Assembly (NCBI GenBank): GCA_964247055.1
Contig: OZ176053.1
Location: 1,798,001 to 1,862,000, forward strand
Origin: Paragordius varius
Taxonomy: Eukaryota > Animalia > Nematomorpha
DNA: 64,000 nt
Reading direction: 5' to 3'
Part shown: positions 11,904 through 24,135 of the stretch, one piece after another
Layout of the letters: each line of letters begins with the position of its first letter
Numbering within the stretch: the first letter of the stretch is position 1
The notes under the pieces: model-generated
What the model saw: the letters and a program-made list of their open reading frames with translations, nothing else
Databases searched by the model: none
What the model was told of the DNA's origin: nothing
Position numbers and translations under genes: made by a program

Positions 11904-14900
11904 ATGCTTTTAGGATTCTGCATTTTACTATCCATTTTTGCACAATTATTATATGTTGAGGGCTCAAAATCTCTGGATAAATATATTAAGTCAGATCATA
12001 CCAATAACTGGGCTGTCATAGTTGCAACCTCAAGATACTGGTTTAATTATCGTCACATTGCTAATGCATTATCCATATATCATACGGTTAAAAGATTGGG
12101 CATACCCGATAACCATATAATTTTAATGATTGCCGATGATATTGCATGTAATCCTAGAAATCCTAAACCAGGTTTTTTATGGGTTTTTTCAATTTTAACA
12201 CAATCTAAAATAGAAATATATTGCGCATTGGAACTTATCCTATTTGTTTTTGTTATTAATCATGTTTTTTCCACATATTTTTTTGGTTCTGGTTTTAATT
12301 TTGGTTCTATTTTTTTTATACATATTGTTATATCTAATAGAATTCACATAATTACCTGCAAAAATTATTCCAGTATACTTTTATATCCAAAACAATATTT
12401 AATATAATAAATAAAAAAATGTTAGAAATTTAGAAAAAAATTATTGTTAAAATTTGTATTTTAAAAAAATAAAAAAAATAATTTTATAAACCAACATATT
12501 TATAATTCTATTTAGGAACAGTATATAATCATCGGAATCAATTAATGAATGTGTATGGAGATGATGTGGAAATTGATTATCGTGGAACTGATGTAATTAT
12601 TAAATAAAATATAAATTAAAAAAATATTTTTCAAATTATTTCCAAAACAAAATTTAGTAAGACTAAACATTTTTTAATAATGAAAACCATAGTTTTGTGT
12701 AGTGTAATAAAAAATATAGTAAATTGGTATCAATCTTAATTAAATCAGAATATATTTATGGAAAATAAGAGTTTTAAAAAGTAAAATAATACTAGTTCTT
12801 ATTTTTTTAACCATTTGGATTAACAATTTAATTTATCAAAAAAATATATATTTTATTGGATTATTTTATTGCCATTTAGGTAACTGTTGAAAATTTAATC
12901 AGAATCCTGACAAACAGACATTTTCCTGGGACGCCGGATTCAAAAAAGTTGTTATCTGATAGCGGAAGCAATATTTTACTCTACATGACTGGTAATATAA
13001 AATTTATTTTAAATTTTAATTTAATATTTTAATAATATATTAATAAGTTAAAAATTAATTAAAAAGTAATTAAAACGCTATAGTATTTCATTTTCAATAT
13101 GTAATTATAAATTTCATTATAATTATTTGAAATTGATAATTATTAGACAAAATCGGTATGATAATTTATATTTTGACACTAACAAATACCGAGTACATAT
13201 TAATCATGAATTGATAGATTTTTAAATTATTATTTAACCGTAAAAATAGTGGATTTAAAATGAATGGGTGGATCAATTTAATACTTTTCAAAGATTTTAA
13301 ATGTGACATAAGCTTTATATACATTTACAATTCAAATTCACCCTTAAACAATTTATATTGACCCTTAAAATTATATTTTTTTAAGATTAAAATTTAGCTA
13401 TATTTTTATATATTTTTTAAAAAATAATACTGAAAAAATAATAAACTACGTCATAAATATATATTTTATATAGATAATGAGATATATTAGTTCGACAAAA
13501 CAAAAATTATTTTTAGGGTGAATTTTAAAATTTAAGGATGAATTTGAACTGTAAATGGTATATAAAATTTTTTAAATATATATTTTGCATAAGCATGAAA
13601 CAAATTATTTCGCTTATAATTATTCCAATTTACCCTAAAAATGTAGAAAAATTAATAGAATTTAGTTAAATTGTAAAAAATAATTTTTAAATAATGACTA
13701 TTAATTTATAATAGGTCATGGTGGGGATGGTTTTCTAAAATTTCAGGATTCCGAAGAAATTACGAGCGTCGAGCTGGGAAACTTATTTGAACAAATGTGG
13801 GAAGCAAACAGGTAAATTATTTTATTTAACATTTTTTCGTTTTAAAAATTACTTAAATTATATAATTTATTTCATAATAATTGTTCATTTCAATTAAGAA
13901 TTTAAAATTGAAATTACACATGCAAAAAATGACAAATACTCTTTGAAAATATACTTTTTAAAACAATGAATGTTGGTTACACAATCAAATAATTATTTTA
14001 CAATTGTAATTATATAATTAATAAGAGAAATATAAAGTATGAATGTCTTTTAGAAAAATATTTATCTTAATATTTTTACTTTTTATACCTAAGTGTTTAC
14101 TGTAAATTTGCAATGTTTATTTGATTGAGTGGGTGAATAGGTTTAATGATAAAACTTATGGTTTGAAAAATATATTTGGCAAATTGTTTTAGTTTTTTTT
14201 CTGTATGATATCAATTTTGACTGTATTTATTATATATATATTATTGGTTACATACATAGATATCATCAACTCTTTTTTATAATTGATACATGTCAAGCAA
14301 CGTCAATGTTTAAACATTTCCATTCACCCAATCTATTGGGCCTAGCTAGTAGTCTTGTGGGCGAAGATTCATTATCGGTATAAATATTAAATGGTTTTTA
14401 ATTACCCAGTAAAAATTGAAGTTATACGGACAAAACGCAAAAATGTTTATATTTTAATCTATATTTTAATTATATTTTACTAGTAGTAATCGAAAATTTA
14501 CAATAAATTCATATACTGAAATATATTGCACTATAATAATAAAGACAAATATTTTTCTCTTAAAGAAAACGATCATACTTTTTTAAACCTTAATTTTTTC
14601 TTAATAAGCTATATAGTTACAATCGTTAAATTTAGAATTGATTGTGTTAGTAATATATATAATCTCTATTTCGCACTTTTCCATTGAGTTTTATTTAAAA
14701 AAATCAAGATTTAAAAAGTATGGTTGTTTTTTAGTAAAAAATATTTGTCCGTGTAATTTCAGTTTTTACTGTATATTTTAATTCTTTGAGACTTCTCACT
14801 AAATATTTGCAGTCAAACCTCTTTTTATAAAAAACAGTGACTGCCCTCAAGAAATTTTACAACATAATAATTAAACAGAGAAATACCATGAATAGTAGCA

Positions 14901-16210
14901 AAGAATTATGGTGGGAACTTAAAACATAAAGTTTTTTTACCCTCTAAAACCATTCATTTATATTATGTGTATGAAATAAAAATTCTCTTTTTAGTATAAA
15001 TTTATACCAGCTAACTAAAATTAAGCACTCATAATCTCGTTAATAAAATAATGGAAAAATAATTATTAATCTTATAAACTACTTTTATTTAACGCATAAA
15101 AATCTTACCAATTTTAGTTTAAAATTACCCTTAGTTTGGTGACAAATTCATATTAAATTACTATTATTTTTTATATAAAATCTAATTAGCATCACATAGA
15201 TACATCTATTGGGGTTTATGTGGTCGATCGTTTTACCTATTATATCCTTCAATTTTTAGAGGATGTAACTCCTACCAGTAAGCACACACTCTATTCATTA
15301 GTATGTATATATCTTTATTTTTATATATATTAAATACTCTAAACTCCACCAACCCCTTTTCTTTTACAATCTTTTTTTTAAATTAGTTCAAATTCACCTT
15401 TAAACAATTCAAATTTAGCCTAAAAATAAATTATGTGTTTTCGAACTAATAACTCATGATTAATATATATAATATATCTTTATGGTATAGTTTATTATAT
15501 TTTCAGTATTATTTTAATTTAAAATAAAAATTTTATTTTTTAGAAATATATAAAAACATAGGTAATTTTTCTTAAAAATCATATAATTTATTTGAGGGTG
15601 AATTTGAATTGTAATGGTATATTATAATATGAATTTTTTTAGATATATTAAAATTGTGTCATACAAACTAAACCTAGTTTAAAATTACATTTATGTTAAA
15701 ATAATAATCCAAAAACAAATTCAATTTATTATTTTTTGCCATTTTTTTAATCTTTTTAATATTATTAAATAATGTATAATCATAAAGGGGGTAGGACTCC
15801 AATTTCGATGTTTTCGTACCACGAAGTAATTTATATTCATAATATCTATACTTCGTGGTAATCTGAAGCGATTTTTTGCGTAATATATGCCCTTGTGTTC
15901 AACAAATAATTTTACAGATCAATCTGGCCTTCTGACCTAAATTTAAAACATTATAAATTTTTGTTTTTTCAATTCATTTTTTTATATATCCATCCATTTA
16001 TATATTTAGTTTAAAGCATGCCCGAAACATTTATGTGGTTCTACCGTTGGCAATAGAACTGACAAATTTCCGCATTCATTGAAGAAAGTGCCAGTCACCA
16101 ATTTCTTTGGTAGTGATCACATTATTGAATCCATACCATCCCTCGCTCAATGGTGGAATGAACAGCACGAAAATATGTTGAATAAAATTCCTATTAAAAT
16201 TGAATTTTAA
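11904..16210 (+). CDS. PIGK: GPI-anchor transamidase catalytic subunit (GPI8, legumain/C13 family), 7 exons
   Basis: A signal-peptide-like [20 protein letters not shown] is followed by [20 protein letters not shown], catalytic [12 protein letters not shown] and IIDTCQA. Exons: 11904-12171, 12516-12592, 12880-12991, 13715-13811, 14260-14377, 15190-15300, 16010-16210; all phases are consistent. An upstream in-frame ATG exists at 11841. Confidence 0.95.
13321..13558. mobile_element. MITE family 1 (CCATTTACAATTCAAATTCACCC TIR)
   Basis: The left end acatttacaattcaaattcaccctt is the inverted counterpart of the right end aaggatgaatttgaactgtaaatgg, and both flanks are TA. Confidence 0.75.
14407..14771. 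mobile_element. MITE family 2 (CAGT...ACTG TIR, Tc1/mariner-like)
   Basis: The left end cagtaaaaattgaagttatacggac is inverted relative to the right end gtccgtgtaatttcagtttttactg, which is followed by TA. Confidence 0.7.
15390..15620. mobile_element. MITE family 1, decayed copy
   Basis: ttcaaattcacctttaaacaattcaaattt ... gagggtgaatttgaattgtaatggta, with the same internal sequence as the other family 1 copies. Bounds are approximate. Confidence 0.65.
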
Positions 16211-16440
16211 AAAGCAATATATTTTTTCGTTAAAACTATATGTACTATAGTCTGTGATATAGTTGTCAATGTATATAATAAATTTTTGATGCATTTTATA
16301 AAGATATGTGTATCAATTCATTTTAAATTGTATTCTTATCATTTTTAAACTTCATTGGGTTTGTTGTTTTCGTCCTTTAAACAAAGATTGTAAACATTTT
16401 ATGTTTTTTGTGAAGGCGAAATTTAGAGTTGAGATATATA

Positions 16441-18338
16441 CCATTTCCCAGTCAAAATAAACATTTTCCTAGTCGATCGAAACATTTTCCCAATCAATCG
16501 AAACGATTTCCCAGTCAATCGAAACATTTTCCCAGTCAATCGAAACGTTTTCCCAGTCAATAAAAACATTTTCCAATAAAAACGTTTTCCCAGTCAATAA
16601 AAACGGTTTTATTTTTGATGATAAATATCAAAACAAGATATAAAAATAACTTTTAACCATTATCAGCGTAATATTAGGATATTACTTTTTATTAAAACAC
16701 ACTTTAAATGACAGTTTTTTCAATTATATTGTATACACAATCATTAATGACTTATTCTTTAAAAGTTTTATTTTTGGAATTTGAGATGATGTTTTTGATA
16801 TTCGCATTATTTGCGGCTAACTTAAAAAAATAGTTACGGATGAAATAATAAATTTATAAAAATACTAGCGTAAATCTCGTGCTGCTACGCAGCCGGACTT
16901 CTGGGGGGGAGGGCTATTGGAAAAACGGGACAATAAAATGATCCTCTTCGAAACATTATTTAATAGATATGATTTTATAGGAATTTCAAAACGGAGCATT
17001 CATACTAATATATTGTTTAATTGGGGGAAAAATAGATTTAAAAAATTATTTTTGTGGACTTTTTTTTAAAATGGCATTTTACGGGGGGAGCTGGTTAAAA
17101 AGAGGGCCTAAATCAAAAAAGTGACTCGATTATGTTCGCAATCGAAAATAAGTAAACAAAAATTATATTTGAAATAGAATGGACTAACACGTTCTCTAGA
17201 AAATTGTCTCAAAGACACGATTTTTGTGGACTTCTGTTTTCAAAAAAAACCCGCTTTTCACACGGGGTGGGCCCGAACTGGGGGCCTATTTCAAAAAAAA
17301 GGCGAAGCTATTGTCGGGGCATTCATTAATGATTATATTTTTTCGAAGTTTGGATTTGAATGGGTCTACCGGTTTTCCTGTACCAGATCACAAAGCTAGC
17401 ATTTTCCATTTTTATAAATATATAGATACCATTTTTATCTCAAGGTCATTTAACACTTCATGGATAAACATAAATTTTATTGTAATTTTATATTATTTAT
17501 CATTTGGTCGATCGGGGGCACAACGCGGCCTACCGAGTATCTTTGTGCGGCCCGTGAAAAATTTGGAAATTCATATGCAAAAATATACCCACAAAATCTT
17601 AGTAATATTCATATTTCTTACGCAATTATTATGAATGAGTCTATTAATTGGTAACAAATTTAAAAAATGTTATATTGTGTTTGTATTTTACAGTCTTATT
17701 AATCAAAAAATTAGGAGAATGCCCTTATATATTTCGAATGCTGAACGGTGTGCTTTTTTGAGTTAAAAATGCGGCCCACGAAGGCATTTGGTCGGACACC
17801 CTTGTTTTAGTCAATATCCTTTTTATTAAATATTTTTAAATCAAAAACATTTTTATTAAAAAAAATTTTCGTTTAGCTTTAGATATTTTTTTCCGACAGT
17901 ATTTTTATCGACAAACTTGACTAAAAAGTATTTTGAAGCGTTCGGAAAATATTAATGTAAATCGATAAAATAAAAAATATTATCTTAAAAACATCTCAAA
18001 TCCCAAAAATATAACTTTTAAAGAATAAGTCATTAATGATTGTGTATGGAATATATGAAAAAACTGTCATTCAAATTGTATTTTTTAAAAAAATAATATC
18101 CTAATATTACGCTGATAATGGTTAAAAGTTATTTTTATATCTTATTTTGATATTTATCATCAAAAATAAAACCGTTTTTATTGATTGAGAAAATGTTTTT
18201 ATTGACTGGAAAATGTTTCGATTGACTGGGAAAACGTTTCGATTGACAAAAATGTTTAGATTAACTGGGAAAACGTTTCGATTGATTGGGAAAATGTTTC
18301 GATTGACTGGAAAAACGTTTATTTAGACTGGGAAATGG
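16441..18338. mobile_element. Foldback-like TIR element (family 3), copy 1, interrupted by a Helitron
   Basis: TA|CCATTTCCCAGTC ... GACTGGGAAATGG|TA. The inverted arms are about 400 bp and carry 21-22 bp subterminal tandem repeats (ttttcccagtcaatcgaaaca). No transposase ORF. Confidence 0.85.
16865..17426 (-). mobile_element. Non-autonomous Helitron, 562 bp
   Basis: The minus strand starts TCTATATATTT and ends CTAG, with a GCTGC-N3-GCAGC hairpin 12 nt upstream of the end. The uninterrupted sister element shows the empty site aaaaata|taccat near 19385, so this is an A|T insertion with no TSD. Confidence 0.88.
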
Positions 18339-18689
18339 TATATATCGATATTGCTCAAAACCTAGTACTTTATTTTATAATATTTTAACACTTCTATTCA
18401 ATTTAGGGTATCTAAAAACCCCAGACAATATTTGAGTTGATATTTTAATAAATTACTAAAAGAAACAATCCCTATTTATTATGCTTCTATAATGATAATA
18501 AGCCAAAATATCTAAATAAAATTTAGATAAAAAAAGTCCATTTCAATAGCCGGAAGCCAATTTTATTTTGCAACATTTTTGCAAAATATCGTGTTAGTAT
18601 AATTTTATAATTCTAATAATTTAAGTTTCATCTAACATTGAGGTAAACAGGAAAACAAGGTTTATATTTCATATTATTTTTATATTTAT

Positions 18690-18895
18690 AATGCTCACAT
18701 GTCATGATGACTAAATTCATATTTATGGTTATAACTTTGTAAGGAATATCAAATGTTTGTTGTTCTATTTCAGTTCATTAATGTAATATTAGGGCAAACA
18801 TTTGCCATGGTTTCAATTCATTCCATATTTTTTCAAGTATTAAATTTAACAGGCCTGTGGTATTCAACGACCATAATTTAAACCGAAAGACTGAA
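18690..18895 (-). repeat. Decayed dispersed repeat with coding-like character (family X)
   Basis: Homologous to about 20780-21057 (-) and about 40180-40400 (+). Shared blocks include gaaaaaatatggaat..gaaaccatggcaaa.gtttgc and atttag.ca.cat. Confidence 0.55.
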
Positions 18896-18957
18896 ATAAA
18901 AGTGGTGTATCCTAGTTATAAACGATTATATTTGTTTAAAAAATATTTTAGCATATA

Positions 18958-20271
18958 CCATTTCCCAGTCAAAATAAACGTTTTCCCAGTCAATCAAAAC
19001 ATTTTCCCAATCAATCGAAACGTTTTCCCAGTCAACCGAAACATTTTCCCAATCAATAAAAACATTTTCCCAGTCAATCGAAACGTTTTCCCAGTCAATA
19101 AAAACGTGTTATTTTTTATGATATCAAAACAAATATATAAAAACAACTTTTAACCATTATCAGTGTAATATATGGATATTATTTTTTATAAAAACACAAT
19201 TATTGAATGACAATTTTTCCAAATATATTCCAGTACACAATCATTAATGACTTATTCTTTAAAGATATTTTTATAATTTGAGATTTTTTAAGATAATATT
19301 TTTTATTTTATCGATAGTTCGCAATAATATTTGCGGCTAACTTAAAATTTCTATAGTTACGGAGGAAATATAAATTTTTAAAAATATACCATATCACAAA
19401 GGTCATTTAACACTTCATATTGGATCTTAAACATAAATTTTACCCTAATTTTATAATATTTATCATTTGGTTCATCGGGGGCCTAAGGCGGCCTTCTGAG
19501 TATCTTTGTGCAGCCCGCGAAAAAATTGGAAATCCATATGCAAAAATATGCCCATAAAATCCTAGTAATATTTATATCTTAAGCTATTATGAATGAGTCT
19601 ATTAAATTGGTAACGAATTAAAAAAAATGTTATATTGTGTTTGTATTTTACAGTCTTATTAATCGAAAAATTATGTGAATGCCCGTATAATGCGGAACGA
19701 TGTGCTTTTTTGAGTTAAAAATGCGGCCCGCGAATGCATTTAGTTGGACGCCCTTGTTTTAGTCAAATATGCTTTTTATTAAATATTTTTGAATCAAAAA
19801 CATTTTTATCAAAAAAATTTCCGTTTAAATATTTTTCCGACAGTATTTTTATCGACAAACTTGACATATTAAAAACTGCTGTGAAGCGCTCTACAAATAT
19901 TAATGCCAACCATCGATAAAATAAAAAATATTATCTTAAAAAATCTCAAATTACAAAAATATCTTTAAAGAATAAGTCATTAATGATTGTGTACTGGAAT
20001 ATATTTGGGAAAATTGTCATTCAATAATTGTGTTTTTATAAAAAATAATATCCATATATTACACTGATAATGGTTAAAAGTTGTTTTATATCTTTGTTTT
20101 GATATTTATCATAAAAAATAACACGTTTTTATTGACTGGGAAAACGTTTTTATTAATTTGGAAAACGTTTAGATTGACTGGGAAATGTTTCAATTGACTG
20201 GGAAAACGTTTCGATTGGCTGAGAAAACGTTTCGATTGATTGGGAAAATGTTTCGATTGACTGGGAAATGG
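18958..20271. mobile_element. Foldback-like TIR element (family 3), copy 2
   Basis: TA|CCATTTCCCAGTC ... GACTGGGAAATGG|TA, 1314 bp. It is colinear with copy 1 once the Helitron is removed. Confidence 0.87.
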
Positions 20272-20779
20272 TATATAATATATTTATTATATATTATGCA
20301 TCCCTAAAAAACTAGATCAGAGTGACAAATTTGTGTTATCCGATCAATTTTGTCATAAAGACTAGGTAAGTAAAATCCCAGATCCAACGCAACACTTTAT
20401 CTAGTCTTCAACCGGAGCTAGTCTATTTTTAGGTACATGGATAGTCGGAAATAAGGCCTTTTGGATTTTCTGTGTGATCCATTTGATATCAAATTGACTT
20501 CCTGTGTGCGATAATGGCTTAGGGCTGTAATGATTTTAGTTGCATTCAACTATCAATCTTTATGTGTATAATGGTTCTGAATTTGATAAATATTTTGCTG
20601 TTCACGGAAAATTTTAAAATAATATATATCATTGTGGTTGCTTAAATCTATTTTTGAAGTTGAAGATTATTTAATGCCAGAGTAGGATTGATTTTTATGG
20701 TCCTGTTAGAGCTATATATTCATTAAATGATTTAAAATTTGTATATCCTAAATAATCTTAAAATAACTGACGCTATCAC

Positions 20780-21057
20780 GCGTTTTAATGTACTAACATC
20801 AATAATAATTAGTCACTTAGCTTAAAAAAATTTACAAATCACTGATAAAAGATGTTTTGGCACACCTTTCATGTTGGCTAAATTGTACCTTAAAATTTTT
20901 CCTTAAAATATTTTTATAAATTTATTGTAAAGATCAGTTTAATTGTTATATAAGTGCAAACTTTTGCCATGTTTAATACCTTCCAAGGTTTTGAATGTAT
21001 TTAATATTAAACAGGCCTGGGTTACTAACTAACCCAATTGGAATCGAAGAACTGAAA
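20780..21057 (-). repeat. Family X decayed repeat abutting the RBM5/10 5' end
   Basis: The reverse complement aaacatggcaaaagtttgcacttatata...aaggtacaatttagccaacat matches 40222-40345. Confidence 0.55.
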
Positions 21058-21120
21058 TGAATGTGTTGTCTCCAAGGTATAGGGAATTATCAGGCTTCTT
21101 ATATCATATGTTTCTCTGTC

Positions 21121-24099
21121 ATGTCACGCAGTAGCAGCAGTAGTTCGTCCACTTCACAGGACGTAAAACAGTTAAAGCTTTTTCTTATAATTCTAGCGAT
21201 AAAAAATCTCGTAAAAGAAGGTCTTCTTCTCTCGAAACTCAAAAAAGAGCACGTCATCGCTCACGCTCTAGATCTCGTGACCGTCGAAGACATGTATTTT
21301 CCAATATATATTTGTGTCTAAATTAATTTATATAAAATTTAAGACATCCTTTTAATCTATTTCTTATCTCAATTTTTACTATTGTTAAGCAATATAGGGT
21401 ATTTTTAAAATAATAAATAGGTATAACCGGGTTCGGACCTATTTGCTGAATACTTATCTAATATTGTTTTTTTATTTTTATTTAAATGGTTCTGTACGAT
21501 TATAGCATTTTTACAAGCATAAATGCTTCCTTTCTCGGGGAAATCCAAAAATATACAAAAAATGTTTCATAAATGGATTAATAATGCAAATATAAAATAA
21601 TTGATCATATTAAATTTTTTTATAATCGCATGAAACCGCGTGTTCCGATCCGTTTTTAAAAATTGTTTTCGTTTTTGAATAATTTTTTAGATCATTTAAT
21701 TCATAGAAAACTTTTAATTCATACATGTTTTCTTAAGCAGCAAATAGATGATATTCTTATTTTTTGTTAAATAACATTTCCATTCTGCAAATTTAATTTA
21801 CTTTTTTTCCTATAGCGCAAAAAATCTTACAGTTCATCCACAAGCTCTTCACGTTCAAGATCTAGATCTAGGGGTTCAAAGTCACCCTCTTCCAGTTATC
21901 ATGCAAGAGGACGAAATAAATATTCTTCACGTCGGGAAAAATCACATAGGAGGCGGCGAAGTGCAAGTCAATCGCCCGATACATTAGTACATGGTCACAG
22001 ATATTACAATGATAATGAGAATAAACCCAACAATACAATCATGTTTCGAAACTTACCCCCTGATATAGTGGAGGCCGATGTATGCATTTTTATATTTTTA
22101 ATTTAAATTTATATGGCTTAAATATTTAGTTTTTTGGAAAGTAGGGTTGTTTTTAAATTTTTTGTAAAAAAGTTGATTTCATTTCATATAATTAGTTAAT
22201 CTGATGTGACTTACATCCGTTTTATGAAATATTGTTTGACCGAGTATGGAGTTTAAATTTCATTTTCAAATTATATGTATGTAAAATTTTGAGACTTGTG
22301 TAATACTTGGTTTTTTCTGATATTTAGAGTCTTTTAACTTTTTTTCAAACTTTTATAAAAACATCCATGATTTTGTAACTAAAATCTCAAACAAATTTTT
22401 TTATAACACAACTAAATTTGAAGTTAGCTTTTCAACCTATCACCACACATTACTATTATCATGATTTTAGTGTTTATGTGAGAGAGTTCTTCCTATGGGT
22501 TTGCTATTTGATTAACCTATCTCAGAATTGAATATATCCCCGTATCAAATATCTCCCTGAGAATGAGGGCCATGTATTAATCCTTGAAAAATGTTTTAAC
22601 TAATATGTCTTTATTTTTGTGTGCATAACACACGCACACACATGCATTTTGCATTATACAGATTCAAAAAGAACTTGATAAGGTCCCCGGGTTCGTACGT
22701 GAAATACGATTGATGAGACATAGAGATACGGGTAAAATATTTCAGTTATTTTATTGTAGCAAAATTTGTTTTAGCGGTTAATAATTGTTTTATTCATGAG
22801 TTAAATATAGCTTGGATTGGTTTTAAAATCAAATTGGACATATTTTTTTCAGTATATATTGTTTTATTCCTCTGTTATTTTAAAGGTCATCGTCCGGCGT
22901 ATTCTTTATAATCACATTGTGATTGAATAAATTAAAAACTACCGCTTAAAACATACACTTAACCAATAACAAACGATAAAAAAATTATACCATTGTTACA
23001 GTGAAAATTGAAATTATACGGACCAAACGTTAAAATATTAGGACAAATATTTTTTTAAAAGACAATTGTACTTTTATCAACTTGTTTTTTTTAAATAATA
23101 TAATACATTGATTTATTTTCAAAGTATGAAATAAAGATATAAATTGGTAACACAGTCAATTATTTATAATTTAAATTTAGGAAAAATCAAGTAAAAAAGT
23201 ATTGTTGTCTCTTTGCAAAAAAAATTTGTCTTTATTTTTTTGCGTTCCGTATAATTTTAATTTTTACTGTATAATTTTGGAAGGATAATTTAATTTGTAA
23301 AAGGGTTAAATAACATGGACTTGCTTTATTATAAATATTTGGCTGATAATATTTTTAAAGGTTTACTATTCTATTTCATTTTTTTTCGATTGATTTATGA
23401 ATTTTTGGGTTGTATTCCATTTTGCTTTTTATTAAAGGGATTATCCCATAAATTAATATGACATATAAATTTTTGCATTTTGCTATATTTTACCAATGTT
23501 GATTTTAAGAGTCACATATAAAAAATTTATATGTGGATTAAGAATATCCTTTAATACAGGCGCCTTTAAAAAACATGTAAACCATTTACAATTCAAATTC
23601 ATTTTTGAACAATTCAAATTCACCTTTAAATAAATTATATGTTTTTAAGATTGAAAATTACCTATATTTTTACATATTTTTAAAAAATAAATTTTGTTTT
23701 ATATTAATAATGAGTTATATTAGTTCTAAAACACATAATTTATTTTTAGGGTGAATTTGTATTGTTCAAGGGTGAATTTGAATTGGAGGGTAAATTTGAA
23801 TGTCAAAGGTGAATTTGAACTGTAAAATATACTATTTTTACAATTGTTTTTATTCATATTCTTATACTTAAGGTATATCTCGAGGTTTTGCATTCGTTGA
23901 ATACTTTACCATAGAAGATGCTGTACGATTCTATGAGAGTGTTAAGGTATAACATAGATACTCCTTTTTTGAGTGTTAATTTTATTTTTGTGCCAATGTT
24001 TAGATTGAAAGATTTTGAAAATTAATTTTCAGAAAAATGTTGTAAAATTAAATGTTTTCCCCGCAAAATAAACGTATTTTGGGAATTCTCAGATTATAT

Positions 24100-24135
<36 letters not shown>

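Noticed and set aside
15817-15860. 12 bp perfect inverted repeat (taccacgaagta/tacttcgtggta) with a 20 nt spacer in a PIGK intron
   Set aside because: It is short and isolated, with no second copy or functional context visible. Probably a TE remnant.
16441-16600. 21-22 bp repeat arrays (also 18180-18338, 18958-19100, 20130-20271, 33033-33420) as CRISPR-like or DGR/retron-associated arrays near RT genes
   Set aside because: The repeats are head-to-tail with no unique spacers, form the inverted arms of TA-flanked elements, and lie in eukaryotic DNA. The RTs are ordinary LINE/LTR types and no cas genes are present.
18857-19153. ORFs with repetitive peptides (FPVNRN.., also NCSRVNL.. at 33319-33513)
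   Set aside because: These are translations of TIR subterminal repeats, not genes.
24100-24135. (TA)n microsatellites here and near 28590, 28830, 28945, 33421, 41490, 44350 and 45370
   Set aside because: They are ordinary for an AT-rich genome; noted only as targets of the CCATTT elements.
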